The notes: generated by a model from the sequence alone, not told the origin. A stretch of 64,000 nucleotides of DNA from an uncultured delta proteobacterium (GCA_963745025.1 CAVUWD010000016.1:160001-224000); one strand, 5' to 3'; numbered from the stretch's first letter, positions 17,663-27,618 are shown. Translations and numbers: made by a program.

Positions 17663-19993
17663 ATGACCGTCTGCAGGTTCCTGCTCTTCTGGGTGCTGGC
17701 GCTCGCGTCGTCAGGGGCTGCCGGGGAAGCGCCAATCGAGGCCATTTCGGTCACCGGCAACAGCCGCGTCGAGCAATCGGCGATCCGCGTCCGCATCAAG
17801 AGCCCGATCGGCAAGCCGCCCGACCCCGCCCTCATCGAGCAGGACGTACGCTCGATCTACGCCATGGGTTTTTTCGAGGACGTACGAGCGTCGGTCGAGG
17901 ACGGCGACGGCAGACGCACGCTCACGTTCCACGTGGTCGAGCGGCCGATGATCAAAGAGATCAAGCTCGAGGGCAACAAGAAGATCAAAGACGACGATCT
18001 GCAGATCGCGCTGAAGGTTCGGCCGCACACGTTGCTCGACGTCGAGAAGATCCAGCGAGGCATGGAGGAAGCCAAGAAGCTCTACGACCAGAAGGGCTAC
18101 AAGGACGCCGCGATCACCTTCAAGACCTCCGAGCCGGTGGGGGGAGAGGTCACGCTTACCTTCCATGTCGTCGAGGGTAAGGTCGTCCGCATCCGGCACA
18201 TCATCTTCGAGGGCAACAAGGAGTTCTCGGCGCGTGAACTGCGCCGCATCATGCAGACGAAGCAGGCGTGGTTCCTCTCCGTGCTGACCGGTGCCGGCAA
18301 CCTCGATCCCGAGGTGCTGAAGACCGACGTCGAGCGGTTGACCGCCTTCTACTACGACAGCGGACACGTGAACGTGAAAGTCGACGAGCCGCAGGTCGAG
18401 CGCAAGGAAGACGGGCTCGATGTGACGATCCGCATCGAAGAGGGCGCTCAGTACGTGGTCGGGCCGGTGAAGTTCGCCGGGGACATCGTGGGTGACCCGG
18501 ACGTCACCATGGCGCACCTCGAGATGAAGAGCGGAGATGTGTTCCGCGCGAGCCGGCTCCGCAAGGATATCCTCTTTCTCACCGAATCCTACGGCGATCT
18601 CGGCTTCGCCTTCGTCAACGTCGAGCCGCTCACCGAAGTGGATCCCGACAAGAAGCAGGTCGGGCTCACCTACAAGATCGACAAGGGCCCCGTGGTCTAT
18701 TTCGATCGCATCGAGATCACCGGCAACACCAAGACCAAGGACGAGGTGATCCGTCGCGAGCTGAACGTTCAGGAGCAGCAGCTCTTCCGCGGCAGCGATC
18801 TGAAGACGAGCCGGGCCCGCGTGCAGCGCCTGGCTCTCTTCCAGGAAGTGAACATGACGACCCAGCGCGCGGATCAGCCGGACAAGATCGATCTGCTGGT
18901 CGACGTCAAGGAGTCGCAAACCGGTGCGTTCACCGCCGGTGCGGGGTTCAGCACGGCCGACCAATTCCTGTTCAACGTGCGGCTCTCCGAGAACAACCTG
19001 TTCGGAACCGGCGACCGGGTGGTGCTCAACGCGGACGTCGGCTCGCAGCGGCGGAACTTCACCCTCGACTACACCAACCCCTACAGCTTCGACACCTACT
19101 TCACCTCGATCTTCTCGGCGTTCAACTACCTTACCGAATTCGACGACTTCGACCGTGGCGGCACCGGCTTCTCGATCGAGGCACTCTATCCATTCACCGC
19201 GCTCGGCGTGCGCCGGGTGCCGTTCGTCGGCGCCTCGCTCGACGAGGTGCGCTTCGGCATGCGCTACAGACTCGACGATACGGACATCAGCAACGTCTCG
19301 AGCTTTTTCCGCGTGCCGAGCATCGACGCCGAGGAAGGCAAAATGCTGGTGAGCAGCGTGATTCCCACGCTCGTGCGCAACACCCTGAACCATCCCTTCG
19401 ATCCGACCGACGGCTCGATCCAGGACATGTCGGTGCAATTCGCCGGCATCGGCGCGGGGGCGGGTTACTTAATCGTCGAGGGGCGAGGGCGCTGGTTCTA
19501 TCCCTTCTACAAGAGCCCGACGTTCGGCACTTTCGTGCTCTCGCATGGGACTCGCGTCGGTTGGGGCGTCGGCCAGGAAGACCGTAGCGGAAAGGAAATT
19601 CCGCTGTTCGAGCGGTTCTTCCCCGGTGGCATCAACTCGGTGCGCGGCTACGAAGCTCGCACGCTCGGCCCCCGCGAGCCGGTGTTCGACCCAGAGAACA
19701 ACATCGTCGACACCACTCCGGTCGGAGGCAGCACGCAGCTGATCTTCAACAACGAGCTGATCTTTCCGATCTTCGAGCAACTCGGGCTGCGCGGCGTGCT
19801 CTTCTTCGACCTCGGTAACGCCTGGCGGCACGACCAGGGAATCCCCTTGAGCGATTTGCGCAAATCCGTGGGATGGGGCGTCCGCTGGCTGTCGCCGATC
19901 GGTCCGCTGCGCATCGAACTCGGATATCCGCTGCAGAAGAAGGCGAACGAGAAGAGCAGCGTCTTTCAGTTCTCGTTCGGCGCCCCCCTATAG
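17663..19993 (+). CDS. bamA: Outer membrane protein assembly factor BamA
   Basis: POTRA repeats (GNTKTKDEVIRRE), SVRGY, W.SPIGP, terminal FQFSFG. Confidence 0.96.
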   Translation: MTVCRFLLFWVLALASSGAAGEAPIEAISVTGNSRVEQSAIRVRIKSPIGKPPDPALIEQDVRSIYAMGFFEDVRASVEDGDGRRTLTFHVVERPMIKEIKLEGNKKIKDDDLQIALKVRPHTLLDVEKIQRGMEEAKKLYDQKGYKDAAITFKTSEPVGGEVTLTFHVVEGKVVRIRHIIFEGNKEFSARELRRIMQTKQAWFLSVLTGAGNLDPEVLKTDVERLTAFYYDSGHVNVKVDEPQVERKEDGLDVTIRIEEGAQYVVGPVKFAGDIVGDPDVTMAHLEMKSGDVFRASRLRKDILFLTESYGDLGFAFVNVEPLTEVDPDKKQVGLTYKIDKGPVVYFDRIEITGNTKTKDEVIRRELNVQEQQLFRGSDLKTSRARVQRLALFQEVNMTTQRADQPDKIDLLVDVKESQTGAFTAGAGFSTADQFLFNVRLSENNLFGTGDRVVLNADVGSQRRNFTLDYTNPYSFDTYFTSIFSAFNYLTEFDDFDRGGTGFSIEALYPFTALGVRRVPFVGASLDEVRFGMRYRLDDTDISNVSSFFRVPSIDAEEGKMLVSSVIPTLVRNTLNHPFDPTDGSIQDMSVQFAGIGAGAGYLIVEGRGRWFYPFYKSPTFGTFVLSHGTRVGWGVGQEDRSGKEIPLFERFFPGGINSVRGYEARTLGPREPVFDPENNIVDTTPVGGSTQLIFNNELIFPIFEQLGLRGVLFFDLGNAWRHDQGIPLSDLRKSVGWGVRWLSPIGPLRIELGYPLQKKANEKSSVFQFSFGAPL

Positions 19994-20021
19994 ATCCCGA
20001 ATGTTTCTCGAGGAGGTTTGA

Positions 20022-20558
20022 ATGAAGCGATGGATTCTACCGTTTGCGATTCTGCTGCTCGCGGCGCCCCTGGTCCGGGCCGAGGAGCTGAAGCTCGCCA
20101 CCGTCGACATGCAGCGAGCGCTGAACGAGTGCGACGCCGGAAAGAAAGCGAAGGAGGACTTCAAGAGCCAGGTCGACAAGCTGCAGGCCGACCTGAACAA
20201 GCAGAAGACGGACATCGAGAAGATCAAGGAAGACGTCGAGAAGAAGGGGATGGTGCTGAAAGAGGACGAGCGCAAGAACATCGAGCGCGACTACCAGAGG
20301 CGCCTGCGCGACTTCCAGCGGACCTACAAGGACTCGCAGGCCGAGCTGCAGCAACGCGACAACGAGCTCACCTCCGAGATCCTACGCCAGCTCCAAGAGG
20401 TGATCGCCGAATACGGCGCCAAGCAGGGCTACACGCTGGTCCTGGAGGCCTCCAACACCGGGGCGGTGCTCTACAACTCGCGCTCGGTCGACATCACGGA
20501 TCTGGTGATTCAGGAGTACAATTCCAGGCGCAAGGGCGCGACGGCCAAGACGAAGTGA
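20022..20558 (+). CDS. skp: Periplasmic chaperone Skp/OmpH
   Basis: Signal peptide, KLATVDMQ, coiled coil, VLY..VDITD; follows bamA; SD GGAGGT. Confidence 0.93.
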   Translation: MKRWILPFAILLLAAPLVRAEELKLATVDMQRALNECDAGKKAKEDFKSQVDKLQADLNKQKTDIEKIKEDVEKKGMVLKEDERKNIERDYQRRLRDFQRTYKDSQAELQQRDNELTSEILRQLQEVIAEYGAKQGYTLVLEASNTGAVLYNSRSVDITDLVIQEYNSRRKGATAKTK

Positions 20559-20571
20559 AGCAACGCTGACG

Positions 20572-21024
20572 GTGCGACTCGACTATCCAGACATCATCCG
20601 ACGATTGCCGCACCGCTATCCCTTCCTGCTCGTCGATCGCGTGATCGAGCTTACGGACGGACGGCGCCTGGTGGCGATCAAGAACGTGACCGCCAACGAG
20701 CCCTTCTTCGGTGGGCACTTTCCCGGGCGTCCGATCATGCCCGGGGTATTGATTTGCGAGGCGCTGGCGCAGGCGGGGGGGCTGCTCGCCAGCTGCTCGA
20801 GCGACGGCCTGCCCGCGGGGAGGGGGATCGTGCTCGCCGGCCTCGAGCACGTGCGCTTCCGCCGGCGGGTGGTCCCTGGAGATCAGCTACGGCTGGAGGT
20901 CGAGCTCGTGCACAAGCGCCGTCCGCTCTGGAAGATGAAGGGACGGGCACTCGTCGACGGAAACGTAGCCACCGAAGCCGAATTCCTCACCATGGAAGTC
21001 GACAGCTCCGAGATGGGATTCTGA
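20572..21024 (+). CDS. fabZ: 3-hydroxyacyl-ACP dehydratase
   Basis: LPHRYPFLLVDRV, KNVTANEPFF.GHFP..PIMPGVL. Confidence 0.96.
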   Translation: MRLDYPDIIRRLPHRYPFLLVDRVIELTDGRRLVAIKNVTANEPFFGGHFPGRPIMPGVLICEALAQAGGLLASCSSDGLPAGRGIVLAGLEHVRFRRRVVPGDQLRLEVELVHKRRPLWKMKGRALVDGNVATEAEFLTMEVDSSEMGF

Positions 21025-21026
21025 GC

Positions 21027-21842
21027 GTGTCGATTCATCCCAAAGCGATCATCGCGCCGGGGGCGGATCTCGCCGGGGATGTCGAGATCGGTCCCTACGC
21101 GGTGATCGGCCCCGAGGTGCGGATCGGCCGCGGCACGAAGGTGGGCGCTCACGCGGTGATCGAAGGCCGCACGACCATCGGCGAGCGTAACCGCGTCTTC
21201 CAGTTCGCCGCGCTCGGCGCGATTCCTCAGGATCTGAAGTATCACGGCGAGCTGACGACGCTCGTCATCGGCAACGAGAACCAGATCCGCGAGTTCACGA
21301 CCCTGCACATCGGCACCGAGGGGGGTGGGGGCGTGACCTCGGTCGGGGACCGCAACCTGTTCATGAACTTCTCGCACGTTGCGCATGATTGTCACATCGG
21401 CAACCGCGTGATCTTCGCCAACGGCGCCACGCTCGCGGGACACGTGGTCGTCGAGGATCACGTGATCGTCGGCGGCCTCGCGGCCGTTCATCAGTTCGTG
21501 CGGCTCGGCGAATCGTCGATGCTCGGCGGCGGCGCGATGGTCGCGCAGGACGTGCCGCCGTTCTGCGTCGTGCAGGGCGACCGGGCCGGTCTCGTGGGAC
21601 TCAACGTCGAGGGGTTGCGCCGCCGCGGCTTCTCCGATGACGAGGTGCGCGCGCTGCGCGTCGCCTACCGTACGCTCTTCCGCTCGGGCCTGACCGTGCG
21701 CGACGCGATCCGGAAGATGCGCGAGGAGCACGCCCTGGGGGTGGCCGCCGAACGGTTGCTGCAGTTCGTCGAGAGCTCGAAGCGGGGAATCTGCCGACTC
21801 CGCGGCGAGGCCGGGGATGACGCGGACCCCGAGTCGTTGTGA
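21027..21842 (+). CDS. lpxA: Acyl-ACP--UDP-GlcNAc acyltransferase LpxA
   Basis: Hexapeptide repeats, PQDLKY, SHVAHDC, TLAGHV, HQF, QDVPPF, GLRRRGF. Confidence 0.96.
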   Translation: MSIHPKAIIAPGADLAGDVEIGPYAVIGPEVRIGRGTKVGAHAVIEGRTTIGERNRVFQFAALGAIPQDLKYHGELTTLVIGNENQIREFTTLHIGTEGGGGVTSVGDRNLFMNFSHVAHDCHIGNRVIFANGATLAGHVVVEDHVIVGGLAAVHQFVRLGESSMLGGGAMVAQDVPPFCVVQGDRAGLVGLNVEGLRRRGFSDDEVRALRVAYRTLFRSGLTVRDAIRKMREEHALGVAAERLLQFVESSKRGICRLRGEAGDDADPESL

Positions 21843-21844
21843 AA

Positions 21845-21920
21845 GGCTACGGGCTTCGGGCTACGGCCTACAGGAAAGGCTCAGGGAGTCTTTGCCCGTA
21901 GCCCGAAGTCTGTAGCCGTC
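21845..21920. repeat. Heptamer tandem-repeat palindrome, copy 3
   Basis: ggctacg ggcttcg ggctacg gcctaca ... cccgtag cccgaag tctgtag ccgtc, between lpxA and lpxI. Confidence 0.7.
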
Positions 21921-21922
21921 GT

Positions 21923-22756
21923 ATGAACGAACCCATCGGCCTCATCGCCGGCAACGGACGCTTTCCGTTGATTTTCGCCGAGACGGCGAAGCGGGAAGGC
22001 GTGCGCGTGATCGCCGTCGCGCACCGCGGCGAGACCGACCCGGCGCTCGACGGCATGGCCGAAGCGGTCACCTGGGTGCGGGTCGGGGAGCTCGGCAAGA
22101 TGATTCGCGCGCTGCGCGACGCCGGCGTGCGCCGGGCGGTGATGGCGGGCGGGCTCTCCAAGGCCGGTGTGTTTCGCGGCGGCCGCCCGGATCTTCGTGG
22201 CGCCATGTTCCTCGCACGGATACGAAGCTTTCGTGACGACACCCTGCTGCGCGGCATCGCCGGCGAGTTCGAGAGCGACGGCATCGAGATCGTTCCTTCG
22301 ACGACGTTCCTGTCGACGATCGTCACTCACGAGGGTGTGCTCGGGCGGCACGGGCCGAAGCAGCGCGAGTGGGCCGACGTGGCCTACGGCTTTCGCGTCG
22401 CCAAGGAAGTCGGCCGCTTCGACGTCGGGCAGAGCGTCGTGGTACGCGGGGGCGTGGCGCTGGCGATCGAGGGCATGGAGGGTACCGACGCGTGCATTCG
22501 CCGCGGCGGGGAGCTCGGACACGGCGGTGTCGTCGTGATCAAGGTCTCGAAGCCCGGGCAAGACCTGCGCTTCGACGTCCCGGCCGTCGGACCGCGCACG
22601 ATCGAGGCGATGACCGAGGTGAAGGCGCGCGTTCTGGCTCTCGAGGCCGAACGCACGATCCTGCTCGACCGCGCGGAGCTGCTCGCCAGCGCCGATCGCG
22701 CAGGGATCGCCGTCCTCGGCGTGAGCGAGGCGAGCCTGCGGGAGCGTGCGTCGTGA
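21923..22756 (+). CDS. lpxI: UDP-2,3-diacylglucosamine diphosphatase LpxI
   Basis: IGLIAGNGRFP, DVGQSVVV, AIEGMEGTD, KP.QDLRFDVPAVG. Confidence 0.93.
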   Translation: MNEPIGLIAGNGRFPLIFAETAKREGVRVIAVAHRGETDPALDGMAEAVTWVRVGELGKMIRALRDAGVRRAVMAGGLSKAGVFRGGRPDLRGAMFLARIRSFRDDTLLRGIAGEFESDGIEIVPSTTFLSTIVTHEGVLGRHGPKQREWADVAYGFRVAKEVGRFDVGQSVVVRGGVALAIEGMEGTDACIRRGGELGHGGVVVIKVSKPGQDLRFDVPAVGPRTIEAMTEVKARVLALEAERTILLDRAELLASADRAGIAVLGVSEASLRERAS

Positions 22757-23700
22757 GAACGCGCGTTGCCGTCGTCGGGGTCGGCTACCTCGGTCGGTTC
22801 CACGCCGAAAAATACGCGGCCGAGCCGGGGGTCGAGCTCGTCGGCGTGGTCGACAGCGACACCGAGCGTGCCCGCGAGGTGGCGGCTCGCTTCGGCTGTC
22901 GAGCCTTCTCCGACGCCCGCGAGCTCTACGGCCTGGTCGATTGCGCGAGCGTCGTGGTGCCGACGCCGCTCCACCGCGACGTCGGGACGGGGCTCCTCGA
23001 GGCCGGCATCGACGTGCTCGTCGAGAAGCCGATCGCCGCCACGCTCGAGGAGGCGCGGGCGCTCGTGCGCGTCGCCGAGGAGCGGGGTCGGATCCTCCAG
23101 GTCGGACATCTCGAGCGCTTCAACCCGGCGATGCGCGCGGTCGCCGAGGTGCTGACGCGCCCGCGGTTTCTCGAGTGCCATCGCCTCGCGCCGTTCGTCG
23201 AGCGCGGCACCGACGTGGACGTGGTGCTCGATCTCATGATCCACGATCTCGACGTGATCCTCAGCATGATGACGAGCCCCGTGGCGGCGGTCGAGGCGGT
23301 GGGGGTTCCGGTGATCACGAGCTCGCCCGACATCGCCAACGCGCGGATCCGCTTCGCCGACGGCGCGATCGCCAACGTCACGGCGAGTCGCGTGTCGTTC
23401 AAGCGCGAGCGCAAGCTGCGCATCTTTCAGCACGACACCTACATCTCCCTCGACTACGGCGAGAAGCGCCTGCGCATCTGCCGTCGCGGCCAGGCGCCGC
23501 CCGGCGGACTCGCTCCGATCGAGGTCGAGGAACGCATCGTCGAGGGGGAGGACGCGCTCGCCGAAGAGATCCGCGCCTTTCTCGCCGCCGTGCGCACGCG
23601 CCAGGCGCCGCTGGTGAGCGGTCGCGAGGGGTTGCGAGCGGTCGAGCTCGCCTATCAGGTTCGCGAGCGCGTCGAGGACGAGATACGGCGCTCGCGATGA
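22753..23700 (+). CDS. gnnA: Gfo/Idh/MocA oxidoreductase, GnnA-like UDP-GlcNAc 3-dehydrogenase
   Basis: VAVVGVGYLGRFHAEKY, VEKP, QVGHLERFNP, DVVLDLMIHDLD; position between lpxA and lpxB. Confidence 0.82.
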   Translation: MRTRVAVVGVGYLGRFHAEKYAAEPGVELVGVVDSDTERAREVAARFGCRAFSDARELYGLVDCASVVVPTPLHRDVGTGLLEAGIDVLVEKPIAATLEEARALVRVAEERGRILQVGHLERFNPAMRAVAEVLTRPRFLECHRLAPFVERGTDVDVVLDLMIHDLDVILSMMTSPVAAVEAVGVPVITSSPDIANARIRFADGAIANVTASRVSFKRERKLRIFQHDTYISLDYGEKRLRICRRGQAPPGGLAPIEVEERIVEGEDALAEEIRAFLAAVRTRQAPLVSGREGLRAVELAYQVRERVEDEIRRSR

Positions 23701-24878
23701 GCGTCGAAAGGCGTCTGCTCGCCGCGGAGGAGGCCGGCACTCCCTCGTCGCGCGTGATGCTCGTTGCGGGCGAGGCTTCGGGTGATCTGCACGCGGCCGG
23801 GCTCGTCGCGGCGATGCGGCGGCGGGCGCCGGGAATCCAGATCTGGGGAATCGCCGGAGGCGAGGCGCGCTCCCAGGGGATGGTCACCGCGGTCGACATC
23901 GCCGAGATCGCCACCTTCGGCCTCACCGAGGTCGCCGAGAAGGGGCGCGCACTCTGGCGCAGTTACCGGATGCTCCGCCGTGAGATCTACGAGCGTCCGC
24001 CACGGCTTCTGGTGCTGATCGATTTTCCGGAGTTCAATCTCGCGCTCGCGGCGGTCGCCAAGCGGCGCGGGGTGCCGGTCTTCTACTACGTGAGCCCGCA
24101 GGTCTGGGCGTGGAGGCGCGGGCGCGTTCGCAAGATTCTTCGCCGGGTCGACCGGCTCGCGGTCCTCTTTCCCTTCGAGCCCGCGGCGTATGGAAACGCC
24201 CCGAAGGTCGTCTTCGTCGGTCACCCGCTACTCGATCGGGTGCGGGCGACGGCGAGCCGAGAGGAGACGCTCGCGCGGCACGGCCTGGATGCCGCGAAGC
24301 GGTTGGTCGTGCTTCTGCCGGGCAGCCGGCGGCGGGAGATCGAGCGCCTCCTGCCCGAAATGGCGGGCGCCGCCGAGCGGCTCGCCAGGCGTCGCCCGCT
24401 CGAGTTCGCGGTCGTTCTCGCGCCGACGCTGCCGCGCACGCTCGCGGAGTCGCTGACCGCCGGCTGCGGCGTGCCGCTTCCCCTGGTCGAGAGCGATGCC
24501 TATAACCTGATCGCCGCTGCGGATCTGGTGTTGACGGCCTCGGGCACGGCGACGCTCGAGGTCGCGCTCCTCGAGCGGCCGATGGTGATCATGTATCGAG
24601 CCTCGCCACTGACCTTTGCCGTTGCCCGCGCCCTCGTCGACGTCCCGTGGATCGGCATGCCGAATCTGATCGCCGGCCGAGCCATCGTGCCCGAGCTGAT
24701 TCAAGGTCGGGCGCGCGCCGCGGAGATCGCGCGCGAGGCGGAGGCCATCCTCTCGGACCCGGCACGCACGCGAGTGATGCAGGCGGATCTCGCTGCCGTT
24801 CGTGCGTCGCTCGGCTCGGGAGGCGCCGCCGAGCGTGCCGCGGGGCTCGCCTTGGCTCTGATGGGAGCGGGGACGTGA
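23697..24878 (+). CDS. lpxB: Lipid-A-disaccharide synthase
   Basis: AGEASGDLH, IDFPEFN, YVSPQVWAWR, LFPFE, LLPGSR, SGTATLE. Confidence 0.96.
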   Translation: MSVERRLLAAEEAGTPSSRVMLVAGEASGDLHAAGLVAAMRRRAPGIQIWGIAGGEARSQGMVTAVDIAEIATFGLTEVAEKGRALWRSYRMLRREIYERPPRLLVLIDFPEFNLALAAVAKRRGVPVFYYVSPQVWAWRRGRVRKILRRVDRLAVLFPFEPAAYGNAPKVVFVGHPLLDRVRATASREETLARHGLDAAKRLVVLLPGSRRREIERLLPEMAGAAERLARRRPLEFAVVLAPTLPRTLAESLTAGCGVPLPLVESDAYNLIAAADLVLTASGTATLEVALLERPMVIMYRASPLTFAVARALVDVPWIGMPNLIAGRAIVPELIQGRARAAEIAREAEAILSDPARTRVMQADLAAVRASLGSGGAAERAAGLALALMGAGT

Positions 24879-26623
24879 AACTCTACCGCCGCCTGCTCGG
24901 CTACCTGCGGCCATACGTCTGGCCCCGCTTCACGCTGGCCGTGATCTGCATGGTGTTCTACAGCTCCACGAACGGCGTGATGCCGTATCTCGTGCGCAGC
25001 GTCTTCGACGACGTCTTCTTGCAGAAGAAGGAGTGGGCGCTGCGCGTGCTGCCGGTTGCGATCGTCACCGTCTTTCTGTTTCGCGCCGTGATGAGCTTCA
25101 ACCAGAGCTATCTGATGGAGTGGATCGGGCAGCACGTGATCGCCGACATCCGCAGTCAGCTGAACGCGCACTTCCAGCGCCTGTCGCTCTCGTTCTACAA
25201 CCGCACGCCGACCGGTACGCTGCTCTCGCGCATGACCAACGACGTCGAGCTCATGCGCAGCGCGCTCACGGATGCGGTCGCGTCGGTGATGAAAGACCTG
25301 ACGTCGCTCCTGGTGCTGCTCGCGGTCGCGTTTTTCATGGATTGGACGCTCGCGCTGATCGCCTTCGTCGCGTTCCCGCTCACGGTGCTGCCGATCTTGC
25401 GATTGTCACGGCGCTTGCGGAGGGTCACCCGCAAGGGTCAGGTGACGCTCGGCAACCTGGCGACGCTGCTCCAGGAGACGATTCAGGGGAACCGCGTCGT
25501 CAAGGCCTTCGGCATGGAGGACTACGAAATCCGCCGCTTCGATGCGGAGAGCGAGCGGCTCGTCGGGCTGTACATGAGGGCGGCACGCATCAAGGCCTTC
25601 ACCACGCCGATGATGGAAGTGCTCGCCTCGTTCGGCATCGCCGGAGTCGTCTGGTACGGCGGCTCGAGCGTGATGGCCGGTGGGCGCACGCCCGGCTCGT
25701 TCATGGCCTTTCTCACGGCGATGCTGCTGCTCTACGATCCGTTCAAGGGTCTGACCAAGACCAACAACGTCGTGCAGCAGGGACTGGCGGGGGCGAGCCG
25801 CATCTTCGAGATGCTCGACCAAGCGAGCGACGTGGTGGAACGGCCCACGGCGACCGCTCTGCAGGGCTTTCGCGAGGGCATCCGCCTCGAAGACGTGACC
25901 TTCCGTTACGAGGCGGAGCCGGTGCTCCGCGAGGTGAACCTGGAGATTCGCCGTGGCGAGGCCGTCGCGCTGGTCGGCCGCAGCGGCTCGGGCAAGAGCA
26001 CGCTGGCGGATCTGATTCCACGCTTCTACGACGTCACAGGAGGTCGGATCACGGTCGACGGACGGGATGTGCGCGACCTGACGCTGGCATCGCTTCGTGC
26101 CGAGATCGCGATCGTCACGCAGTTCACCTTTCTCTTCAACGACACCGTGCGAACCAACATCGCCTACGGCGACGTCGGCACCTCGCTGGAGCGGATCGAA
26201 GCCGCGGCGCGCGCCGCCAACGCGCACGACTTCATTTGCGAGCTGCCGCAGGGCTACGACACGGTGATCGGTGAGCTAGGCGTCAAGCTTTCCGGAGGGC
26301 AGCGCCAGCGCGTGGCGATCGCACGCGCTCTCCTCAAGAACGTGCCGATCCTGATCCTCGACGAGGCGACCTCGGCTCTCGATAACGAGTCCGAGCGGCT
26401 GGTCCAAGAGGCGATCGAACGGCTGATGGCGGGTCGCACGACGCTGGTCATCGCCCACCGCCTCTCGACCATCCGCAACGCCGACCGGATCGCGGTTCTC
26501 GACCGCGGGCGCATCATCGAGGAAGGGACGCATGCGGAGCTCCTCGATCGCGGCGGCGAGTATCGCCGGCTCTACGACATGCAGTTCCGCGACGAGCCCC
26601 GCGCCGCGGTGGCCGGGGAATGA
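24875..26623 (+). CDS. msbA: Lipid A flippase MsbA
   Basis: YRRLLGYLRPY, ABC TM domain, GRSGSGKST, LSGGQRQR, LDEATSALD. Confidence 0.93.
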   Translation: MKLYRRLLGYLRPYVWPRFTLAVICMVFYSSTNGVMPYLVRSVFDDVFLQKKEWALRVLPVAIVTVFLFRAVMSFNQSYLMEWIGQHVIADIRSQLNAHFQRLSLSFYNRTPTGTLLSRMTNDVELMRSALTDAVASVMKDLTSLLVLLAVAFFMDWTLALIAFVAFPLTVLPILRLSRRLRRVTRKGQVTLGNLATLLQETIQGNRVVKAFGMEDYEIRRFDAESERLVGLYMRAARIKAFTTPMMEVLASFGIAGVVWYGGSSVMAGGRTPGSFMAFLTAMLLLYDPFKGLTKTNNVVQQGLAGASRIFEMLDQASDVVERPTATALQGFREGIRLEDVTFRYEAEPVLREVNLEIRRGEAVALVGRSGSGKSTLADLIPRFYDVTGGRITVDGRDVRDLTLASLRAEIAIVTQFTFLFNDTVRTNIAYGDVGTSLERIEAAARAANAHDFICELPQGYDTVIGELGVKLSGGQRQRVAIARALLKNVPILILDEATSALDNESERLVQEAIERLMAGRTTLVIAHRLSTIRNADRIAVLDRGRIIEEGTHAELLDRGGEYRRLYDMQFRDEPRAAVAGE

Positions 26624-27294
26624 AGGGAAGCCGCCGTGCGCGGATTCGGGTTGCGTTTCTTGGGTTCGCCGCCCGCTGCCTCTACGGGCTGGTCAAGAAC
26701 ACCGTGCGCCCGGTGGTGGGTCCGGACGCTCGCGAGGTGCTCGCGGCCTTCGAGAAGAACGAGCGCGTCGTGATCGCGTTCTGGCACGGTCAACTGGCGA
26801 TGCTGCAGGCGGCGTACCGCGGTCGCGGTGCCGGGATTTGCGTTCAAGTGAGCCATCACAGCGACGGTGAGATCATCACCCGTGCCGTCCGTCCGTTCGG
26901 CATCCGCGCGGCGCGCGGCTCGGCCACGCGCGGCGGACTGGCGAGCGTGCGCGAGATGCTCGAAGCGCATCGCCAGGGCTACGACCTGGCTCTCGCGCCC
27001 GATGGCCCGCGCGGTCCGATTCACCGTGCCAAGCCAGGAGCGATCCGGCTCGCGCAAGCGACGGGGGCGCGTCTTTTTCCCGTGGCGTGCGCTCCACGAC
27101 GGGCATTGGTGTTCCGAAGCTGGGACCGCTTCATTGTGCCGCTGCCGTTCACGCGGGTTTATTACGTCGTCGGGACGCCGCTGTCGGTTCCGCACGGCGT
27201 CGATGCGGAAGCGATCGAACGCGCGAGACGGACTCTTGAAGAGGAGCTCTGCCGCGCCACCTTGGAAGCCGAGCGGCGCGCCGGGCGGCGGTGA
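26620..27294 (+). CDS. lpxJ: DUF374 lysophospholipid acyltransferase (LpxJ-like)
   Basis: AFWHG, S.HSDGE, RGSATRGG, APDGPRGP, SWDRF.VPLPF. Confidence 0.85.
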   Translation: MKGSRRARIRVAFLGFAARCLYGLVKNTVRPVVGPDAREVLAAFEKNERVVIAFWHGQLAMLQAAYRGRGAGICVQVSHHSDGEIITRAVRPFGIRAARGSATRGGLASVREMLEAHRQGYDLALAPDGPRGPIHRAKPGAIRLAQATGARLFPVACAPRRALVFRSWDRFIVPLPFTRVYYVVGTPLSVPHGVDAEAIERARRTLEEELCRATLEAERRAGRR

Positions 27295-27319
27295 TGAGGA
27301 CCGAGGCATCGTCACGTTC

Positions 27320-27572
27320 GCATCCCCTCACTCTTTGCCTCGAGCGCTCGAGATTCCGAAAGCGCTGGATTCTCCGGTCGGCCCGTACACGGGTCGACCG
27401 GAAAATCCAGCCACCGCGCGGAGCGCGGAACGCAATAACCCGCGAGTTGGTCTATTGCCTTCCGCGCTCTGCGCGGTTGCGGTCGGTTGTGATCGACCCG
27501 AGTACGGACCGATCACAACCGACCGCGCTCTCCGCCGTTTCGATTCATTCGAGGCGAAAACTGAGGGGATGC
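27320..27572. repeat. Three-hairpin cloverleaf palindromic element, copy B (middle hairpin inverted)
   Basis: Closing IR gcatcccctca/tgaggggatgc; hairpins at 27365-27410, 27413-27477 and 27479-27526. Confidence 0.9.
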
Positions 27573-27618
27573 CCACCCTCGTGCGTTTCGGGTGCGGCCG
27601 CGAGGCTGCGCTGAGGAC

